Source of the DNA: Candidatus Micrarchaeota archaeon
GTDB lineage: Archaea; Micrarchaeota; Micrarchaeia; Micrarchaeales; CABMGC01
NCBI GenBank assembly: GCA_021792235.1
Contig: JAJYVC010000002.1
Span: 1 to 62,545 of the forward strand
Direction of reading: 5' to 3'
DNA: 62,545 nucleotides
Positions 27,539-37,967 of the stretch are shown here, piece after piece (the stretch's first letter is position 1; each line of letters begins with the position of its first letter). The notes beneath the pieces are model-generated. The model saw only the letters and a list, made by a program, of their open reading frames with translations. It was not told the origin of the DNA and did not search any database. Made by a program: the position numbers and the translations under genes.

Positions 27539-28254
27539 CCACTCTTCTTCCTTCCTACCCTTCTGGCAGCTATGTGTCCGACCTTTGCACCTGGAGGTGC
27601 GTGCCTTGACGTCATGCTTGAAGATCCCTTGTGGTGCTGCTTACCACCGAATGGATGGTCTACAGGGTTGGACTTGACTCCTCTATTGACAGGCCACTTC
27701 TGGTTCGTGGCATGATACATGTAATGGGCCTTGCCCGCCTTCAGTATAGGCTGCGAGGTCAGCCCTCCTCCTGCAACTGCGCCTATCTGCGCCCTGCATG
27801 ACGGATCGAGATCTACTGACTGTTTTGATGGAAGCAGTACGCTCACCTTGTCGGCGATATGTGACTTTATCGTGGCGTAGCCTCCGGCGACCCTAGCGAT
27901 CTTGCCGCCATCGCCTGGCCTTGCCTCGATATTGTATATGAGCATTCCATCTGGTATCGCATTGAGGGGCAGTATGCTGCCCAGAGAGACCTCTGCATTG
28001 TTTCCTTCGTATATCCTATCCCCTATCCTTATGCCTTCTGCTGCGAGAAGCGTGTTCTCTGAAAAATCTTCGTACTTTACGCGCATGAGCGGTGCGCTGT
28101 GGCCCGGGTCATCTATGAAGTCTATTACCTCGCCTATGGCGCGGCCGTCCACGGGCCTGCTCCTGAAATTGACGTCTGCCTTGAACGTGTTTGGCGGCTT
28201 CCTGTATGCATTGCTGCCCTTTCCACGCCTCTGCATCTTCAAACGCTTTCCCAT
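27535..28254 (-). CDS. rpl2: 50S ribosomal protein uL2
   Basis: MGKRLKMQRRGKGS..., GGLTSQPILKAGKAH, NPVDHPFGG. Confidence 0.95.
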   Translation of the reverse strand: MGKRLKMQRRGKGSNAYRKPPNTFKADVNFRSRPVDGRAIGEVIDFIDDPGHSAPLMRVKYEDFSENTLLAAEGIRIGDRIYEGNNAEVSLGSILPLNAIPDGMLIYNIEARPGDGGKIARVAGGYATIKSHIADKVSVLLPSKQSVDLDPSCRAQIGAVAGGGLTSQPILKAGKAHYMYHATNQKWPVNRGVKSNPVDHPFGGKQHHKGSSSMTSRHAPPGAKVGHIAARRVGRKKSG

Positions 28255-28271
28255 CGATAATACACCGTTAC

Positions 28272-28529
28272 TTATACCAATTTAAGTTTCCTTGCAACAT
28301 CTGATGCCTTGAATTCAGGCTTCAGCTTTATGTAAGCGCGCTTGGTGTTCTTCATTGTGGTTTCCGTATTTATGCTCTGCGTCTTGACTCCGAACGTCTC
28401 CTCGAATTCCTTCTTTATGCTTGCCTTGCTGGACCTGAAATCCACGACGTAGCAGATAGTATTGTTCTTGTCTATCATATTTAAGGCTTTTTCCGTTGAG
28501 AGCGGATACACGAGCGAATTCATATTCAT
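28272..28529 (-). CDS. rpl23: 50S ribosomal protein uL23
   Basis: Start at MNMNSLVYPLSTEKA, with an ATGA overlap with the uL4 stop. ...KKEFEETFGVKTQSINT. Confidence 0.85.
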   Translation of the reverse strand: MNMNSLVYPLSTEKALNMIDKNNTICYVVDFRSSKASIKKEFEETFGVKTQSINTETTMKNTKRAYIKLKPEFKASDVARKLKLV

Positions 28530-29329
28530 CTGACCTTTATTGCACCGCTTGTTATTGCGGACTCTATGCTTGATACTGCGCCTTCCGTCCATATTGCCAG
28601 CCTTGGCCTGGCTCCAGGCGCCAGCCTCCCTATGGAAAGATCATTAACTGCGCAAACATCTACGCCAGGTATGTTCCTTCCGGCCTTCTCTAGCTTTTCT
28701 GGAGACTTTGACACTATGAGCACGCTATTCCTGAAGTGCCTTACGCTTGACTGCCTCTTGAGCCCCCTCCTGACCTTGGGGTCGTGGGACTTCTCGAGGT
28801 CGGCTGATACGCCTATCGTCTTGAGCACCTTTACCAGCTCCTTTGTCTTCGCCACGGCATCGATGTTGTCGGCTACAACTATTGGAAGCTCCTTTGCCTC
28901 GGTAAAGTGTTTTGACTTGACAAGCGATACGTTTGATGATCCTGCTATCGCAGCCTTTATTGCTGCAATGTACTCCTTACTGTTTATCTGTTCCTCCGTC
29001 CGCTTCTCTATCTTGTGCGGATGGGCCCTGTGACCCTTGACTGCAGAAGGTATCCTCCTGACGTCGCCCTGTGCGCCGCCACCGAGTTTCTGTCTTGGCC
29101 TTATTGCAATTCCCATGTGCCTTCCGCGCCTGTATGCTGCGCTGTATTTACCTACGTAGACTGCGGTTGTCTGGAATCCCGCCCTGAGGAAGTGGCCCTG
29201 TGGTTGGTACTTCCTGCTCTGCTCGGCGAGCAGAGCCCTCCTCACTATATCTTCCCTGAACTCGCCTGAGAAGATGCTTGGAAGCGTTATGCTCTTAGAT
29301 ACTTTTCCATCAAGTCCAAAAACGTTCAT
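28526..29329 (-). CDS. rpl4: 50S ribosomal protein uL4
   Basis: 267 aa. RRALLAEQSRKYQPQG, and operon position. Confidence 0.9.
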   Translation of the reverse strand: MNVFGLDGKVSKSITLPSIFSGEFREDIVRRALLAEQSRKYQPQGHFLRAGFQTTAVYVGKYSAAYRRGRHMGIAIRPRQKLGGGAQGDVRRIPSAVKGHRAHPHKIEKRTEEQINSKEYIAAIKAAIAGSSNVSLVKSKHFTEAKELPIVVADNIDAVAKTKELVKVLKTIGVSADLEKSHDPKVRRGLKRQSSVRHFRNSVLIVSKSPEKLEKAGRNIPGVDVCAVNDLSIGRLAPGARPRLAIWTEGAVSSIESAITSGAIKVR

Positions 29330-29330
29330 T

Positions 29331-30302
29331 TCATGCTCCCTGCTTTGATGCTATTGATATGTAATTTATCTGCGGCTCCTTCTTAGGGGCTGCATTCCTT
29401 ATGGCCTTTCTGATCCTGACAAGCCTCTTGGCTGGACCTGGAATCGAGCCGTCGAGAAGTATGAAGTCGTTCTTCAATACGCCGTAGTTTATCAGGCCGC
29501 CTTTTGCATTTACTATAGAAGTGTCCTTGTCGGTACCTACTCTTAGTACCCTCTTGTTCAGCTCTGTCCTGTAGTTATAACCCATGTGCCCTGAATGAGG
29601 CACTGTGAACATGACCTTCGCTGGATGCCACGGTCCAAGCACCCCCAAGTGCCTTATCTTGCCCGTTGCCTTCCTGGTATTCCTTGCTACACCGAATCTC
29701 TTTATCACCCCGGCCCATCCCTTGCCTTTAGATATGCTCGTGACGTCGACGTAGTCACCTACGCCTAGCACATCTGCTATCTTAAGCTCCCTGCCTATCC
29801 ACTTCTCTATGAACGCTGCCTTTTCGTTTACATCCTTGCCCCCCACGCCAAGCTCGAAGCGCATGACACGCTTGTTGCCGAATCCCAGATTGCTTGCATC
29901 CATGAAGGCAAGCGCAGATGCATCAGTGAATGAGGCCGTCTTTGCCTTCAGCTCGCCCAAGTTCTGCTTTGATTCCTTTATGCCTATGCTCTTTGCAAGT
30001 GCCAGGTCGTAGGCCTCTGCGGCGGGTTGCGTATAGAGGTATTTTGTGCCGTAGAACCTTATTCCGTATATGTGCACTCTGGGCATCTCAAGTATCGTAG
30101 CGGCCCTAGCGACCTCTGTGCCCTTGGCAGGAGATTCGCTGTCATCAATCATCATTACGTGAGTCATGCCTGCCTTGAATGCAACAGACCCAAGGAACCC
30201 GGGCTCAGCTGATTCGGGCCACGTCCTTACGCGCGGCAGCTGCTTCTTGGCCCTTCTATGGGGCCAGAATTCCATGGAACCTTTTCGCATTCTCTGGGGC
30301 AT
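29331..30302 (-). CDS. rpl3: 50S ribosomal protein uL3
   Basis: MPQRMRKGSMEFWPHRRAK..., FKAGMTHV, KGKGWAGVIKRFG. It is the first gene of the operon. A TATA-like TATTTAAATATA lies upstream. Confidence 0.95.
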   Translation of the reverse strand: MPQRMRKGSMEFWPHRRAKKQLPRVRTWPESAEPGFLGSVAFKAGMTHVMMIDDSESPAKGTEVARAATILEMPRVHIYGIRFYGTKYLYTQPAAEAYDLALAKSIGIKESKQNLGELKAKTASFTDASALAFMDASNLGFGNKRVMRFELGVGGKDVNEKAAFIEKWIGRELKIADVLGVGDYVDVTSISKGKGWAGVIKRFGVARNTRKATGKIRHLGVLGPWHPAKVMFTVPHSGHMGYNYRTELNKRVLRVGTDKDTSIVNAKGGLINYGVLKNDFILLDGSIPGPAKRLVRIRKAIRNAAPKKEPQINYISIASKQGA

Positions 30303-30418
30303 GATAACTCCTAAGGAATTAGCAATCCTGTTATATTTCTGAATATATTTAAATACCTATCATTGCTGCGCTGACGCGCGCGGTTTGCTGCTGAATGCTC
30401 TGGTTTGGCTGCTGCCGA

Positions 30419-31243
30419 TTATCCCAGATGCGAAGCTGCAAGCGTTGCGAGCTTCGTGGCATTATACATAACGGTGGTATTTGTGCTGAATGCTGTAAGG
30501 AACACGAACGTGTCGTTCCTGAAGCCTATAACACTTGTCTGCGTGGCGAGGCTGTTTGATGGCGGAAGCGGAGCTATGAAGCTGTAGAATGAATAGGTCA
30601 TTCCATCAACGGTCTGGTTCAGGGCGTTTGTTGAATTGACTGCGTGGTATATTGAATCAACGAACGTGGAGTTGAAATTGAACTTGGACGTATTCAGCGC
30701 CAATTTATAGACCTGCTGCGACTTTGGAGATAGATATATACTCTCTGCAAGATAAGACTTTGAAGGAGTGTTTGTTGCGCTGTTGTTGTAGTTTACCTGA
30801 TATATCGCAGATATGTTATATTCGCGCAGGGTGGTTGAATTGAGCTGCGCAGGAGTGGTGGACTCATATGCACTGCCACTGCCCTTTCCTATGACTTCTT
30901 CGGCCTCAGACGGAGTTATGAAGTACTTTACTGAACTGACATTGACTGGAAAGGGAGGCACAGCTATGGTTGTTACAGGCGCTGTAGTTGTGTACTGTGA
31001 AGCGTTGTTTGAACTGAGAACGCCTGGAGATGTCTGCACTGTTGAGCTTGAGGCATTACCTTGGGAGGCATGAGTGCCAAGCGTGTAAGATACAAGTGCC
31101 ACAACGATAAGTATTACAAGGAATGATACCCACATCACTGCAGAACTGCGTACAGGACCTGATGAACCATGCGTATGCTCATGATGCTCATGCGACTGGT
31201 GATGCTCGTGCGTTTCGTGCCCGTGGCTCTCTTGATCTGCCAT
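30419..31243 (-). CDS. single-pass membrane protein with a His-rich cytoplasmic N-terminus and a Ser/Thr/Asn-rich exodomain
   Basis: MADQESHGHETHEHHQSHEHHEHTHGSSG has 12 His in the first 26 aa. One TM helix (VMWVSFLVILIVVALVSY), then ~200 aa with 10 or more NxS/T sequons. Confidence 0.6.
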   Translation of the reverse strand: MADQESHGHETHEHHQSHEHHEHTHGSSGPVRSSAVMWVSFLVILIVVALVSYTLGTHASQGNASSSTVQTSPGVLSSNNASQYTTTAPVTTIAVPPFPVNVSSVKYFITPSEAEEVIGKGSGSAYESTTPAQLNSTTLREYNISAIYQVNYNNSATNTPSKSYLAESIYLSPKSQQVYKLALNTSKFNFNSTFVDSIYHAVNSTNALNQTVDGMTYSFYSFIAPLPPSNSLATQTSVIGFRNDTFVFLTAFSTNTTVMYNATKLATLAASHLG

Positions 31244-31307
31244 AAAAACTCCACATAAACAGTAATGATTAATCTTTATAATGATATGTGGTTAATTCGG
31301 CTGCTGC

Positions 31308-32546
31308 TTATACCTTGCTTCTCCCGAGCTTCTGGTGCGCCTTGCCGAGTTCCCTTGTTGCAAGCGCTGCCAGTAGATTCAGTTCCCCAGACATCACAGC
31401 TGAAGCAGCTATCTCAGCAAACTTCAACGCGTTTGAACCCACAGGGTCGCCGGATCCGCTGACCTTCATCAGGGAAAGGGCTTCACTCTGCGTTGGCAGC
31501 CCAGTACCACCGCCCTTTGTTCCCACTTCAAGCGACGTCAGGGTTACGGATATGTAAAGGTCATTTCCGCGTACCTCTGTCCAGGTGTATCCGCTGCTGC
31601 TCTCAACTACCTGTGCAGCATCCTGGCCTGTTGCCAGGAAAAGCGCCGCGATGGTGTTAGCGAAATGTGCATTGAACTGCGTAGTGCTGCCTGCCCTTGC
31701 GCTTCCAACCCAGTTCTTCCTGAAATTCACGTCATTGACAGCATAAGCCGTAGTTCCGAACACATCCTTGAGCACTTTCTTTGTTATGAGCGCTTCTGCA
31801 ACGACGGTTTTGCCCCTTCCGTCTATCGAATTTACCAGTGACTGCTTCTTGTCAGAGCACATGTTTCCGCTGACTGCGACAAGTGTAGCTCCCTTGAAGT
31901 TATCCTCTATATGCTTACATGCAGCCTCGGTTGCTACAGTAGCCATGTTCATCCCCATGGCGTCTCCTGTGCTGTATCTGAACCTCAAAAAGACATTGTT
32001 GCCGGTGACATATGGAGCTATGCCCTGCAATTCCCCATGCTGTGTCGTAGCCTCTGCGACCTTCCTGATGTTTTCATAGTTCTGCGGTAGCCACGCCAGG
32101 AATCTCTCAACATCGACTATTGAATCGAACTTGAATACAGGGCCGCGCGTCATGCCGTCCTTGACGACTCTTGCAGTTGCCCCGCCACTCATGTTGAGAG
32201 CTTTCACGCCGCGGCTCAGGCTGGCTATGAGAGCACCTTCTGTAGTTGCAAGAGGCACATAAGTCTCCCCTCTGAAATGGCCGCCATTGACCTTGAGCGG
32301 CCCTATGACGCCAAGAGGCACGGTAGCCACGCCGACAACGTTCTCTGCGTTCCTTCCTCTAACCATCGAGTAATCCATGCCTGCCGATCCTATGCTATGC
32401 AGCTTCGATCCCGTAAGCCTTTCGATGGCCTTGCGTCTTATCTCCACCGCATCGTTTGCATCAGCGACTTCCTTGTCTATCTGGTGCAATGCGAGCTCTC
32501 CGCGGGCGGCACGCTTTATCAGCTCCTCTTTTTCATCATCATTCAC
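31308..32546 (-). CDS. hmgA: hydroxymethylglutaryl-CoA reductase (NADPH), class I
   Basis: [38 protein letters not shown], and the C-terminal LGKAHQKL region. Confidence 0.9.
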   Translation of the reverse strand: MNDDEKEELIKRAARGELALHQIDKEVADANDAVEIRRKAIERLTGSKLHSIGSAGMDYSMVRGRNAENVVGVATVPLGVIGPLKVNGGHFRGETYVPLATTEGALIASLSRGVKALNMSGGATARVVKDGMTRGPVFKFDSIVDVERFLAWLPQNYENIRKVAEATTQHGELQGIAPYVTGNNVFLRFRYSTGDAMGMNMATVATEAACKHIEDNFKGATLVAVSGNMCSDKKQSLVNSIDGRGKTVVAEALITKKVLKDVFGTTAYAVNDVNFRKNWVGSARAGSTTQFNAHFANTIAALFLATGQDAAQVVESSSGYTWTEVRGNDLYISVTLTSLEVGTKGGGTGLPTQSEALSLMKVSGSGDPVGSNALKFAEIAASAVMSGELNLLAALATRELGKAHQKLGRSKV

Positions 32547-32701
32547 AATTATCCCTACAGATTCACTATCTTCGAAATCAATGCTATAAAAACGCCAGAT
32601 GAGGGTTTGGGAATTGTCTAACTTGCAAGATGGGCTTTAAATAACCAATGTGATTCAAACAATACGGACAGTCAGGTGCTCTTAAACCAGACAGGCTGTT
32701 A

Positions 32702-34438
32702 TTGATGACTAGCGTTGCACTGAGGATTGCGGGCGCACATGGAGATGGTGTCGAGTCCAGCGGAGCCCTTGTCATAAAAGTCGCTGCGAGGAACGGGCTT
32801 CATGTAGTTGCGTACAGGGGCTACGGATCGATAATAAGGGGAGGACACTGCTGGTATCAGGTCAGGATGGGCGACTCTGAGATGAACAGCTATGGAGACG
32901 GAATAGACATACTCATAGCGCTGAACCAGGAATCAATAGAGAACCAGAAGAGCCACCTCAACGACAAGGCAGTGGTAATCTATGATCCATCTAAGATAAA
33001 GGTAGATACGCTTGATGCAAGCAAGTACAGGCTCACGCCGATACCGCTTCTTGACATAGCAATAACTGCAAGCGGCGACCCTATAATGAGGAACACTGTT
33101 GCGCTTGGGGCCGCCATCAGGTTCCTGGGAATAGACATCTCTGCATTTGCAGAAGTGCTGAAAGGTCAATTCGGAAGAAAGGGAGAGAGCGTGGTTAACC
33201 AGAACGTCAAGGCGGCCACGGAAGGATACAACTACCAGGGAGTTCAGACAATATATTCACTCAGGGGAGACGGCAAGCACAGATACTCGCTTGACGGAAA
33301 TACTGCGCTTTCAATAGGCGCATACGCTGCGGGATGCAAGTTCTATTCCGCATATCCGATGACACCTGCAAGCAGCATACTTCACTGGTTTGCCGCGCAT
33401 GAGGACAAGGGGGTGATGCCCAAGCAGGTGGAAGATGAACTGGCTGCGATAAACATGGCGATAGGTGCGTCGGTTGCAGGTGTGCGCTCGATGTGCGGCA
33501 CGAGCGGCGGAGGATTCTCGCTGATGGTCGAAGGCTTAGGACTTGCGGGGATGATTGAGACGCCTCTGGTTGTCGTTGAATCGCAGAGGTCAGGGCCAAG
33601 CACTGGAGTTCCTACAAAGACTGAGCAGGGTGACATACTTTTCGTGATGCACGCATCGCAGGGAGAGTTTCCAAGGATAGTCGTGGCGCCTAGGAGCATC
33701 AAGGAATCATTCAAGGTAGCTGCAGATGCATTCAACCTGGCAGACAGGTATCAGGTGCCTGTCATAATAATGATGGACCTTTACCTCTCCGAGCATGTGG
33801 AGACATTGGATAGCTTAGATACTGAGAGCGTGCACATAGACAGAGGCAAGGTGGTGACGGAGAATACAGATGGAGGGAGATTCAAGAGGTATCTTATAAC
33901 TGATGACGGCGTGTCTCCAAGATCAATTCCTGGATCGAAAGGGCTCGAGTTCGTTGCAGGAAGCGACGAGCATACTGAATTCGGCGACCTTGTGACAGAC
34001 GCTCATGCAGGACTTGACTGGGCCATAGAAGTAAGGAAGAACATGCACTCGAAGAGGATGAGGAAAATAGAGACAATGCTAAAGAATGAGAGCGTATTCG
34101 TGCCAGAAGTGCTTAATGACGGCGCGGATTATTTCCTTGTGACGTTTGGCTCTACAACAGGGCCTGCACTTGACGCTATAAACTTGCTTAAGGCCGGGGG
34201 AAAGAACTTCGGACTCATCTCATTCAGCTACCTTATGCCTCTTGACAAGGAGAAGACGAAGAAGCTGCTTGAAGGCAGGAAGTTGATAAACGTTGAAGTA
34301 AATTACACAGGACAGCTTGCACAGGTGATAAGGATGAATACTGGAATCGAGATAACGCAGAGCATACTTAAATATGACGGAGAAGCGTTCACCGCCGAAG
34401 AAATCGCAAGGCAGGCGCTTGCGCTGGTAAGCAAGTGA
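32702..34438 (+). CDS. 2-oxoacid:ferredoxin oxidoreductase, alpha (gamma-alpha fused) subunit
   Basis: 578 aa. The N-terminal gamma-like region (GAHGDGVESSG) is followed by AYPMTPAS and the QSQRSGPSTGVPTKTEQGD-type motif (ESQRSGPSTGVPTKTEQGD). Confidence 0.85.
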   Translation: MMTSVALRIAGAHGDGVESSGALVIKVAARNGLHVVAYRGYGSIIRGGHCWYQVRMGDSEMNSYGDGIDILIALNQESIENQKSHLNDKAVVIYDPSKIKVDTLDASKYRLTPIPLLDIAITASGDPIMRNTVALGAAIRFLGIDISAFAEVLKGQFGRKGESVVNQNVKAATEGYNYQGVQTIYSLRGDGKHRYSLDGNTALSIGAYAAGCKFYSAYPMTPASSILHWFAAHEDKGVMPKQVEDELAAINMAIGASVAGVRSMCGTSGGGFSLMVEGLGLAGMIETPLVVVESQRSGPSTGVPTKTEQGDILFVMHASQGEFPRIVVAPRSIKESFKVAADAFNLADRYQVPVIIMMDLYLSEHVETLDSLDTESVHIDRGKVVTENTDGGRFKRYLITDDGVSPRSIPGSKGLEFVAGSDEHTEFGDLVTDAHAGLDWAIEVRKNMHSKRMRKIETMLKNESVFVPEVLNDGADYFLVTFGSTTGPALDAINLLKAGGKNFGLISFSYLMPLDKEKTKKLLEGRKLINVEVNYTGQLAQVIRMNTGIEITQSILKYDGEAFTAEEIARQALALVSK

Positions 34439-34445
34439 TGATGTT

Positions 34446-35339
34446 ATGGTAGACACAAACGCTGCGGTAAAGCCAAAGCAGATCCTTACGTCGGGTGTGA
34501 AGCCCATATGGTGCCCAGGCTGTGGTGACTTCGGAGTACAGGCAGGCATAAACAAAGCACTAAGCGACCTTGGCATACCTAAGGAGAATGCCGTGATAGT
34601 ATCGGGCATTGGGTGCAGCTCATCGATGCCACACCCATTTGCCACATATGGCGTGCACAGCCTTCATGGAAGGCTGCTTCCGGTTGCAGCTGGAGTGAAG
34701 CTTGCTAATGATGATCTGACAGTTATAGGCGCCGGGGGTGACGGTGACGGGTACGGGATAGGAGTCGGACACCTGGTGCACAACGCAAGGAGAAACGTTG
34801 ACCTTACGTATATAGTCATGAACAATGAGATTTACGGCCTTACCACAGGACAGGCCTCTCCCACAAGCCTCTTTGGAATGAAGACAAAATCAACTCCTTT
34901 TGGATCCATAGAGAATCCAGAAAATCCGGTAGGACTGGCACTTGCCTCTGGAGCTACGTACGTTGCACGTGCATTCTCAGGAGACCCGATGCACATGGCG
35001 GAGATGATAAAGGGAGCCATACTGCACAAGGGCTTCTCACTAATAGATGTATTCAGCCCATGCGTTACATTCAACAATCTTAATACGTTCGACTGGTTCA
35101 GGAAGAGGGTGTACAAGCTTGATTCCGTCGGGCACGATGCAACAAGCATAAGCGCAGCGCTTGAGAGGTCGCTCGAGGCTGAAAAGACAAACTGGGAAAA
35201 GGTGCCCATAGGACTCTTCTACAAGGTTGAGAAGCCGCATTACGCGCAGCTCGACATGACGCTGAAGAAGGGATCGCTGCTTAAGCAGCCGATGCCGACA
35301 AAAGACCAGGTCGGCGAGATACTTGAGGAGTACAAATAA
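34446..35339 (+). CDS. 2-oxoacid:ferredoxin oxidoreductase, beta (TPP-binding) subunit
   Basis: WCPGCGDFG, GIGCSS, and TPP motif GGDGDGYGIG...NNEIYGLTTGQ. Confidence 0.9.
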   Translation: MVDTNAAVKPKQILTSGVKPIWCPGCGDFGVQAGINKALSDLGIPKENAVIVSGIGCSSSMPHPFATYGVHSLHGRLLPVAAGVKLANDDLTVIGAGGDGDGYGIGVGHLVHNARRNVDLTYIVMNNEIYGLTTGQASPTSLFGMKTKSTPFGSIENPENPVGLALASGATYVARAFSGDPMHMAEMIKGAILHKGFSLIDVFSPCVTFNNLNTFDWFRKRVYKLDSVGHDATSISAALERSLEAEKTNWEKVPIGLFYKVEKPHYAQLDMTLKKGSLLKQPMPTKDQVGEILEEYK

Positions 35340-36398
35340 GTGGAAACGATGGCGGGAATAGTAGGCTACGGGGTTCATATTCCAATATACAGGATAAAGG
35401 TAGAGGACATCGCAAAGGTCTGGAGCGAGGATGCGGAGAGCATAAAGAAAGGGCTTAACATAAGGGAGAAGAGCGTTCCGGGAAAGGATGAGGATGCCGC
35501 AACAATAGCGGTAGAGGCTGCAAGGCGCGCAATAAGGCACGCAGGCATAGATGCTACTGAGCTTGGAGCACTCTACGCCGGATCAGAATCGCACCCTTAT
35601 GCTGTGAAGCCCACTGCTACAGTCGTATCTGCTGGGATAGAGGCCGGGAACAAGCTCATGGTTGCTGATCTTGAATTCGCGTGCAAGGCAGGCACTGCCG
35701 GAATGCAGATGATTATGGGCCTTATAGACAGCGGCATGATAAGGTATGGCATGGCGATAGGCACAGATACTTCGCAGGGAAGACCTGGAGATGCGCTTGA
35801 ATACACTGCCAGTGCAGGAGGCGCGGCGTTCATTCTTGGGAAGGACAAGAATGGGATCATAGCTAATGTAGTCAAGACTGTGAGCTTCACATCTGATACC
35901 CCTGACTTCTGGAGGAGGGAGGGCGCAAGCTTCCCTTCGCATGGTGGAAGGTTCACAGGCGAACCGGGATATTTCAGGCACATAACCGGCGCGACAAAGC
36001 TGCTCTTTGAGGAAACTGGGATGAAGCCCTCTGATTTCGACTATGCTGTGTTCCACCAGCCCAACGGCAAGTTCCCGAAGATGGTGGCCGCGCAACTTGG
36101 ATTTACCGAGAAGCAGATAGAGAGGGGGCTGATGACGCCGATAATAGGAAATACATACTCAGGTTCGTCATTGATAGGCCTGGCGGCAACCCTTGACGTG
36201 GCCAAGCCAGGTCAGAAAATACTTGTAACGAGCTTTGGATCAGGGGCTGGAAGCGACTCGTTCGCGATAGAGGTAACGGACAATATTGATTCTAAGAGGA
36301 AGAACCTGGAAAAGGTCATGGACATAGTGGAAAGGCACAAGACATACATAGATTATTCAGCATACCTCAAGAACAGGGGGTCTATAAGGAAAACCTAG
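35340..36398 (+). CDS. hydroxymethylglutaryl-CoA synthase (archaeal type)
   Basis: [22 protein letters not shown], active-site region [12 protein letters not shown], and FHQPNGKFP. Start is GTG 35340 or ATG 35349. Confidence 0.85.
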   Translation: METMAGIVGYGVHIPIYRIKVEDIAKVWSEDAESIKKGLNIREKSVPGKDEDAATIAVEAARRAIRHAGIDATELGALYAGSESHPYAVKPTATVVSAGIEAGNKLMVADLEFACKAGTAGMQMIMGLIDSGMIRYGMAIGTDTSQGRPGDALEYTASAGGAAFILGKDKNGIIANVVKTVSFTSDTPDFWRREGASFPSHGGRFTGEPGYFRHITGATKLLFEETGMKPSDFDYAVFHQPNGKFPKMVAAQLGFTEKQIERGLMTPIIGNTYSGSSLIGLAATLDVAKPGQKILVTSFGSGAGSDSFAIEVTDNIDSKRKNLEKVMDIVERHKTYIDYSAYLKNRGSIRKT

Positions 36399-36405
36399 TG
36401 TTTGC

Positions 36406-37569
36406 ATGAGAGATGTAGCAATAGTTGGAGTGGGGCTGACAAGATTCGGAGAGAGATGGAACTCCGGGCTTAAGGAGCTCATGGCCGAGGCAGGCCTAGC
36501 TGCGCTAGAGGATGCAAGCGTGTCTAGCCGCGACGTGGAGATGCTTTACGGAGGCACGATGGCCTCTGGAAAATTCGTAGGACAGGAGCATACAGCAGCG
36601 CTTATGGCAGATCAGCTAGGATTCAGCAACATACCTGCGGTAAGAATAGAGAATGCATGCGCAAGCGGCGGCAGCGCGCTTAGGCAAGGATACATAGCGG
36701 TGGCAAGCGGAATACACGATGTTGTGGTTGTAGGTGGAGTGGAGAAGATGACTGACGTGACTGCATCTGAGGCGACCACTGCGCTGGGAGGTGCAGGAGA
36801 TCAGGAATGGGAGCTTTTCCAGGGCATAACGTTCCCCGGACTTTATGCGCTCATAGCCAAGAGACATATGTTCGAATACGGGACAACTGAGGAGCAGATG
36901 GCAAGCGTCGCTGTCAAGAACCATGAGAACGCTTGCAAGAACCAGTTTGCACAGTTCAGGAAGTCGCTCACAGTAGATGAGGTCATGAGATCAAAGGTAG
37001 TATCTGACCCGCTCAAGCTGCTTGATTGCTCACCCATATCTGACGGTGCAGCAGCGGTCGTTCTGGCGCCTCTTGAGACTGCCAAGAAGTACAACGACAC
37101 GCCTATAAAGATTATGGCAAGCGCACAGGCAAGCGACACGCTCAGGCTCGCGGATAGGGAGAAGCTTACCGAGCTCAAGGCCACGAAGCTGGCTGCTCAG
37201 AATGCGTACAAGCAGGCAAAGGTGACTGCAAAGGATATTGATGTTGTTGAGGTGCACGACTGCTTCACCATAGCAGAGATTCTTGCGATGGAGGACCTTG
37301 GAATATACCAAAAAGGCAAGGCAGCAAAGGCGATAGCGGATGGAGAGACCGCGCTGAACGGTAAGGTGTCAGTAAATACCAGCGGCGGACTGAAGGGATG
37401 CGGGCATCCTGTCGGTGCGACTGGAGTCAAGCAGGCTGCTGAGATAGTATGGCAGCTCAGGGGAGAGGCAAAGGACAGGCAGGTAAAAGACGCGGAGATT
37501 GGAATGACCCACAATGTGGGAGGAAGCGGAGCCACTGCTGTGGTGCACATATACAAAAGGGCCGATTAA
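36406..37569 (+). CDS. acetyl-CoA C-acetyltransferase (thiolase)
   Basis: VAIVGVGLTRFGE, nucleophile region ENACASGGSA, and GHPVGATG near the C-terminus. Confidence 0.9.
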   Translation: MRDVAIVGVGLTRFGERWNSGLKELMAEAGLAALEDASVSSRDVEMLYGGTMASGKFVGQEHTAALMADQLGFSNIPAVRIENACASGGSALRQGYIAVASGIHDVVVVGGVEKMTDVTASEATTALGGAGDQEWELFQGITFPGLYALIAKRHMFEYGTTEEQMASVAVKNHENACKNQFAQFRKSLTVDEVMRSKVVSDPLKLLDCSPISDGAAAVVLAPLETAKKYNDTPIKIMASAQASDTLRLADREKLTELKATKLAAQNAYKQAKVTAKDIDVVEVHDCFTIAEILAMEDLGIYQKGKAAKAIADGETALNGKVSVNTSGGLKGCGHPVGATGVKQAAEIVWQLRGEAKDRQVKDAEIGMTHNVGGSGATAVVHIYKRAD

Positions 37570-37571
37570 TC

Positions 37572-37967
37572 ATGGAGAGATCATCATCCAGCCTCTGGAG
37601 AAAGATAAGGGCAAGGTACAACCTTGTAGGAAACGTATGCGAAAACTGCAGCACTGCATACTTCCCTCCAAGGATAGTGTGCAGGAAGTGCGGGAGGAAG
37701 TCCAAGATGGAGGAGAAGAGGTTCAACGGTGACGGGGAGATATTTTCATTTACAAAGATAAGGGTACCACCGGACACCTTCAAGGATGAGGCGCCTTATT
37801 TCATAGGGATAATAAAGCTCAAGGAAGGACCCATGGTCGAAGGCCACATAATAGACAATGGCGTCGAACCTGAGATAGGGGGAAAGGTAAGGGCGCAGTT
37901 CAGGAAGATGTACGTGGAAGGAGATGAAGGACTGATATACTACCACTACAAGTTCGAGCCCCTCTGA
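37572..37967 (+). CDS. DUF35 Zn-ribbon/OB-fold protein (scaffold subunit of the thiolase/HMG-CoA synthase complex)
   Basis: Start at MERSS, 3 nt after the thiolase stop. Zn ribbon: CENCSTAYFPPRIVCRKCG. An OB-fold-like C-terminal half follows. Confidence 0.8.
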   Translation: MERSSSSLWRKIRARYNLVGNVCENCSTAYFPPRIVCRKCGRKSKMEEKRFNGDGEIFSFTKIRVPPDTFKDEAPYFIGIIKLKEGPMVEGHIIDNGVEPEIGGKVRAQFRKMYVEGDEGLIYYHYKFEPL

